Below the pieces are notes generated by a model. The model searched no databases, was not told the DNA's origin, and saw nothing but the letters and a program-made list of their open reading frames with translations. From the IMG/VR virus record IMGVR_UViG_3300045988_126112, positions 96,001-160,000 of that record: DNA of 64,000 nucleotides, one strand, 5' to 3'. Positions 61,088-64,000 of the stretch are shown here, in pieces; the first letter of the stretch is position 1; each line of letters begins with the position of its first letter. The position numbers were made by a program, and so were the translations under genes. This stretch comes from a virus.

Positions 61088-61651
61088 ATGATAAACGATA
61101 TTCTTATAAAAAACAAACTAGATATCTTAACTGAAGCTGCATCAACTGAAGATTTTGCAGTTAATAGTACTCAAGATGATATGAATGCATCTGATTTAGA
61201 ATTTGCATTAGAAGATGGTGTTGCAACATTAGCTTATGATTTAACATATCCAGTACAATCAATTCCAGTAATAGAACAAGAAAGTGCATATGACAATGGA
61301 AAAATATATGTTGTTGAATATGATATGTTAGATAAATTAATGGAATCATATGATGTTGATGAAGTTGAAGCAATGCATATGCTATGTGAAGCTAATCAAA
61401 TAGATTATGATGATTTATATTTAGCTATAGAATCAACAGAATATTTCTTAGAAAAAATGGAAGAAATAGGTGGTTCTCAACTTAAAGGAAGAAAGACAAG
61501 AAATTTAGTTAAATCTATATCTGATCTAAAAGATAAAGGTATTAAGATGACTAAGAAACCATCTGGAAAGAAGAAAAAGAAAAAAGGTAAAAGAGGTATA
61601 GAAATTACTATAAAGACTGAAGGTAAAAAGAAAAAAAAGAAAAACTGCTAG
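61088..61651 (+). CDS. Acidic hypothetical protein with a poly-lysine C-terminal tail
   Basis: ATG 61088 is 7 nt after AAGGAGGA; the track start at 61055 lies upstream of the SD. The C-terminus is 'KKPSGKKKKKKGKRGIEITIKTEGKKKKKKNC'. Confidence 0.7.
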   Translation: MINDILIKNKLDILTEAASTEDFAVNSTQDDMNASDLEFALEDGVATLAYDLTYPVQSIPVIEQESAYDNGKIYVVEYDMLDKLMESYDVDEVEAMHMLCEANQIDYDDLYLAIESTEYFLEKMEEIGGSQLKGRKTRNLVKSISDLKDKGIKMTKKPSGKKKKKKGKRGIEITIKTEGKKKKKKNC

Positions 61652-61694
61652 GGATGAAAGATTAACTAGAGATAAACATTGGAAACTATAATAT

Positions 61695-61712
61695 AATCAT
61701 ATATTATAATCA
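61695..61712 (+). promoter_or_regulatory. Conserved promoter-like motif, copy 4
   Basis: 'AATCATATATTATAATCA'. Two further ATATTATAAT copies follow within 50 nt. Confidence 0.5.
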
Positions 61713-61854
61713 TGATGTAAATAAATATTATAATATAACTATATTATAATTGTATATTCATAATAAACCTTTTTAATAATTAATAACTTATTACTTTGGA
61801 CTATGGGTGAGGATCCATAGTCCAATAAACTCTTTTTTGAAAGGTGGGGAACTT

Positions 61855-62523
61855 ATGAGAAGTTTATTTAATATAGGTACATTAAATATATTTACAGATG
61901 CATCAGTAAAAAGTAAAGCTGATGGAAATTATATATCTTGTTATGGTGCAGTATGTGTCATAACAAATCAAGATGGAAGTACGACAGTAATAGAAGAACA
62001 ATATGAAGTAATGGATAATGCCACAAATAATAGAGGAGAATTATGTGGTATATATTTAGGATTATTATTAGCTATTAAATATAGAAACCAATTTAATAGA
62101 ATAAACATCCTATCTGACTCACAATTTAGTATATTCAGTTTAACTAAATGGATATATGGATGGGTTAGAAATATAAAAGACAATATGTATATATCTAGTA
62201 GTGATGCAGAAGTAGCTAATCAAGATATGATTAAACTTATAATCAATACTGTATTACTTAATAATATACATGTAAACTTTTATCATCAAAAAGGTCATGC
62301 AAATACTAATAAGATGATAAAGAAAGCAAGACAAGTTTTTTATAATTCAAATGGAATCTGGTTAGATGACTTTGAATTAAAAAGTGTATGTTACTACAAT
62401 GATAGAGTAGACATATATACTGGATATAAGTTAAATGAAATACCAGTAGATTATAAAGTAGCAATAAATTATAATGCACAATTCAATGTGCAAAAATATA
62501 AAAACTTGATTAATAATGGGTAG
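61855..62523 (+). CDS. rnhA: Ribonuclease H (type 1)
   Basis: DEDD-type layout: 'IFTDASV', 'NNRGELCGIYLGL', 'ILSDSQF' and 'HQKGH'. ATG 61855 follows AAAGGTGGGG; the track GTG at 61807 lies inside a hairpin. Confidence 0.75.
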   Translation: MRSLFNIGTLNIFTDASVKSKADGNYISCYGAVCVITNQDGSTTVIEEQYEVMDNATNNRGELCGIYLGLLLAIKYRNQFNRINILSDSQFSIFSLTKWIYGWVRNIKDNMYISSSDAEVANQDMIKLIINTVLLNNIHVNFYHQKGHANTNKMIKKARQVFYNSNGIWLDDFELKSVCYYNDRVDIYTGYKLNEIPVDYKVAINYNAQFNVQKYKNLINNG

Positions 62524-62558
62524 AGGATAGTTTTTAACTATCCTCTTAACATTTTTAA
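62522..62558 (+). terminator. Rho-independent terminator
   Basis: Stem AGAGGATAGTT/AACTATCCTCT followed by TAACATTTTT. Confidence 0.7.
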
Positions 62559-62594
62559 TAAATTTATAATATAATAAACGGAGGTAATAAGATT

Positions 62595-63554
62595 ATGAAA
62601 AATGAAGTAATGCAAGGAAGAGAAATAAGAGATTTAGATTTTAAAGATTTCAAAAATGTGATAACACCAATATATAGAGATGGTGTTAAAGAAGTTCAAT
62701 CTATGAGTGTTCCAACATATACTTGCTGTGATAAATGTTGGAATGTTAGCAATCCTTCTATAGATAGAATAGCAGAAGGGGTAGAAGAATATGCAGATAT
62801 AGCAAAGAAACAAATAGTAATGACAGAAGTATTTAAAACTAGATTTTATACACTAATGAAAACAAATGTTGAATCATTATTTGCTTCATATTCAAATATG
62901 ATGGTAAATGATAAAAGACTTTTAGATTTAAATAATGAAATTGGTAAAGTAGATTTCTATCCTGCATCAACTTTTTCTAGAAACTTAGATAAAGTATTAG
63001 AAGATGAAAGTGGTAAAAATGATTTCATTAAAGAATTACTTTATAATTTTAGACCAGCTAATATATGTAATATCTTTTATGATAAAAGAGATAGTACAGG
63101 TTTACATGATTATGAAGTGTATAGAAACGCATTTGAAATAACAACTTATTTTACAACTGATCGTTCAATTGTATTTGATTTTACTAATTTATTTGCTACA
63201 TTCTTTATGACAACTGTTTTAGAATCAATGAAATTAGTAATAAATGAAAAAGAATTATATGATATATTCAATTCATATATAGTAGACTTATCTTCAGATT
63301 TATTTGATATCTTATCAATGATATTTATAACAATGTATGAAACAGCTCAAGAATATTTAAAATACACATCATATCTATGCCATACAATTGATGATAGAGA
63401 GTTAATGATAGAAATGGATGAAGAATATTCAAAAGCTCAAGCTGAAGCTATGGAAGAAAAAGATGATACAGATAATAGTAAAATTGTTGATGGTTTAAAT
63501 TCTATAATTAATGCAGCTACAGCTAAATTAGAAGCTTTAAAAAATAATAAATAG
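62595..63554 (+). CDS. Hypothetical protein
   Basis: 319-aa ORF with SD ACGGAGGT. Confidence 0.75.
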   Translation: MKNEVMQGREIRDLDFKDFKNVITPIYRDGVKEVQSMSVPTYTCCDKCWNVSNPSIDRIAEGVEEYADIAKKQIVMTEVFKTRFYTLMKTNVESLFASYSNMMVNDKRLLDLNNEIGKVDFYPASTFSRNLDKVLEDESGKNDFIKELLYNFRPANICNIFYDKRDSTGLHDYEVYRNAFEITTYFTTDRSIVFDFTNLFATFFMTTVLESMKLVINEKELYDIFNSYIVDLSSDLFDILSMIFITMYETAQEYLKYTSYLCHTIDDRELMIEMDEEYSKAQAEAMEEKDDTDNSKIVDGLNSIINAATAKLEALKNNK

Positions 63555-63566
63555 GGGGTAATTAAT

Positions 63567-63860
63567 ATGGAAGATACTAACATGAAAGATTTTGATGTAA
63601 AAGAAATGGAAGAAGACATAAATAATTTTTCAGATGATGAAAAATACTTATTTGATTGTCTTCAAGACTCTAGAAAGTTTAGAGAAAGAATTTATAAAAA
63701 GAGAAAAGAATTAGGGTTTAGTGAAAGAGAGTTAGCTAATAAAGCTGATGTAAAAGCTTTTGAAGTTAAAGCTGTTGAAGGTGGAAAATCAATAGCTATA
63801 CTTTCATTAGTAAAAATATTAAAATCATTAGATTTAGATATCAATAAAATATTTGAATAA
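63567..63860 (+). CDS. XRE-family helix-turn-helix protein
   Basis: 'RKELGFSERELANKADVKAFEVKAVEGGKSIAILSLVKILKSLDLDINKIF' fits the HTH_3/Cro-C1 pattern. The N-terminus is acidic. Confidence 0.7.
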   Translation: MEDTNMKDFDVKEMEEDINNFSDDEKYLFDCLQDSRKFRERIYKKRKELGFSERELANKADVKAFEVKAVEGGKSIAILSLVKILKSLDLDINKIFE

Positions 63861-63871
63861 TCATTAGAGAT

Positions 63872-63903
63872 AAACATGCGTTCATTCGCATGTTTATTTT
63901 TTT
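63872..63903 (+). terminator. Rho-independent terminator
   Basis: Stem AAACATGCG/CGCATGTTT followed by ATTTTTTT. Confidence 0.85.
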
Positions 63904-63907
63904 ATAT

Positions 63908-63927
63908 AATCATATATTATAGAAGTG
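63908..63927 (+). promoter_or_regulatory. Conserved promoter-like motif, copy 5
   Basis: 'AATCATATATTATAGAAGTG', directly after terminator 63872-63903 and 30 nt before the ATG at 63957. Confidence 0.55.
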
Positions 63928-63956
63928 AATGAATATACAAGGAGGTAGATATTATT

Positions 63957-64000
63957 ATGTATGAATATAATAATATGTGGGACCCTAATGTGGTAAATGC
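63957..64000 (+). CDS. 5' end of a further ORF (truncated by the window end)
   Basis: ATG is 9 nt after AAGGAGGT, downstream of motif copy 63910-63921. Only 14 codons are visible. Confidence 0.4.
   Translation, partial: MYEYNNMWDPNVVN

Noticed and set aside
1-64000. Prophage boundaries, integrase, transposase or other mobile-element hallmarks
   Set aside because: I recognised no recombinase- or transposase-like ORF and no att-like long direct repeats in this window. Whether the element is integrated cannot be decided from here.

Overview
The window is very AT-rich (by eye about 25-30% G+C) and densely packed with genes. I found no rRNA, tRNA, CRISPR array, integrase or transposase. It reads as an internal segment of a large, possibly jumbo-class, phage (or prophage) of a low-GC Firmicute. 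Supporting signs are strong GGAGG-type Shine-Dalgarno (SD) sites, occasional TTG/GTG starts, and many hairpin plus T-run terminators.

Layout:
(1) 1-7.3 kb, + strand: small accessory or early-type genes, including a Nudix hydrolase, a secreted tandem SH3b protein and a PC4/YdbC-like protein.
(2) 7.3-43.4 kb: virion or morphogenesis-type genes in three blocks (- 7359-16268, + 16432-21139, - 21180-43399). This includes a five-member paralogous gene family with a 233-bp perfectly identical tract between two members. It also includes a single 17.1-kb ORF (5,708 aa) that looks like a tape-measure protein fused to nine predicted cell-wall hydrolase modules (3x C39-like, 3D, 2x M23, lysozyme-like, NlpC/P60, SGNH). 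These modules are separated by conserved linker cassettes.
(3) 43.5-43.8 kb: a roughly 300-nt non-coding polypurine tract at the point where transcription diverges.
(4) 43.9-64 kb, + strand: a highly divergent multisubunit-RNAP beta-subunit homologue (1,505 aa). It is followed by nucleotide-metabolism genes (TMP-kinase-like with a degenerate P-loop, dUTPase, ThyX, class II RNR), a 4x HA-domain repeat protein, a metallophosphoesterase, RNase H and an XRE-type HTH protein.

A conserved motif, TCATATATTATA(R)(W)A(G/T)TG, recurs in at least 7 intergenic positions oriented with the downstream gene. It is the best candidate for a phage-specific promoter.

Most structural genes have no function I can assign from sequence alone. 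All domain calls rest on motifs I recognised by eye and need HMM or structure confirmation.
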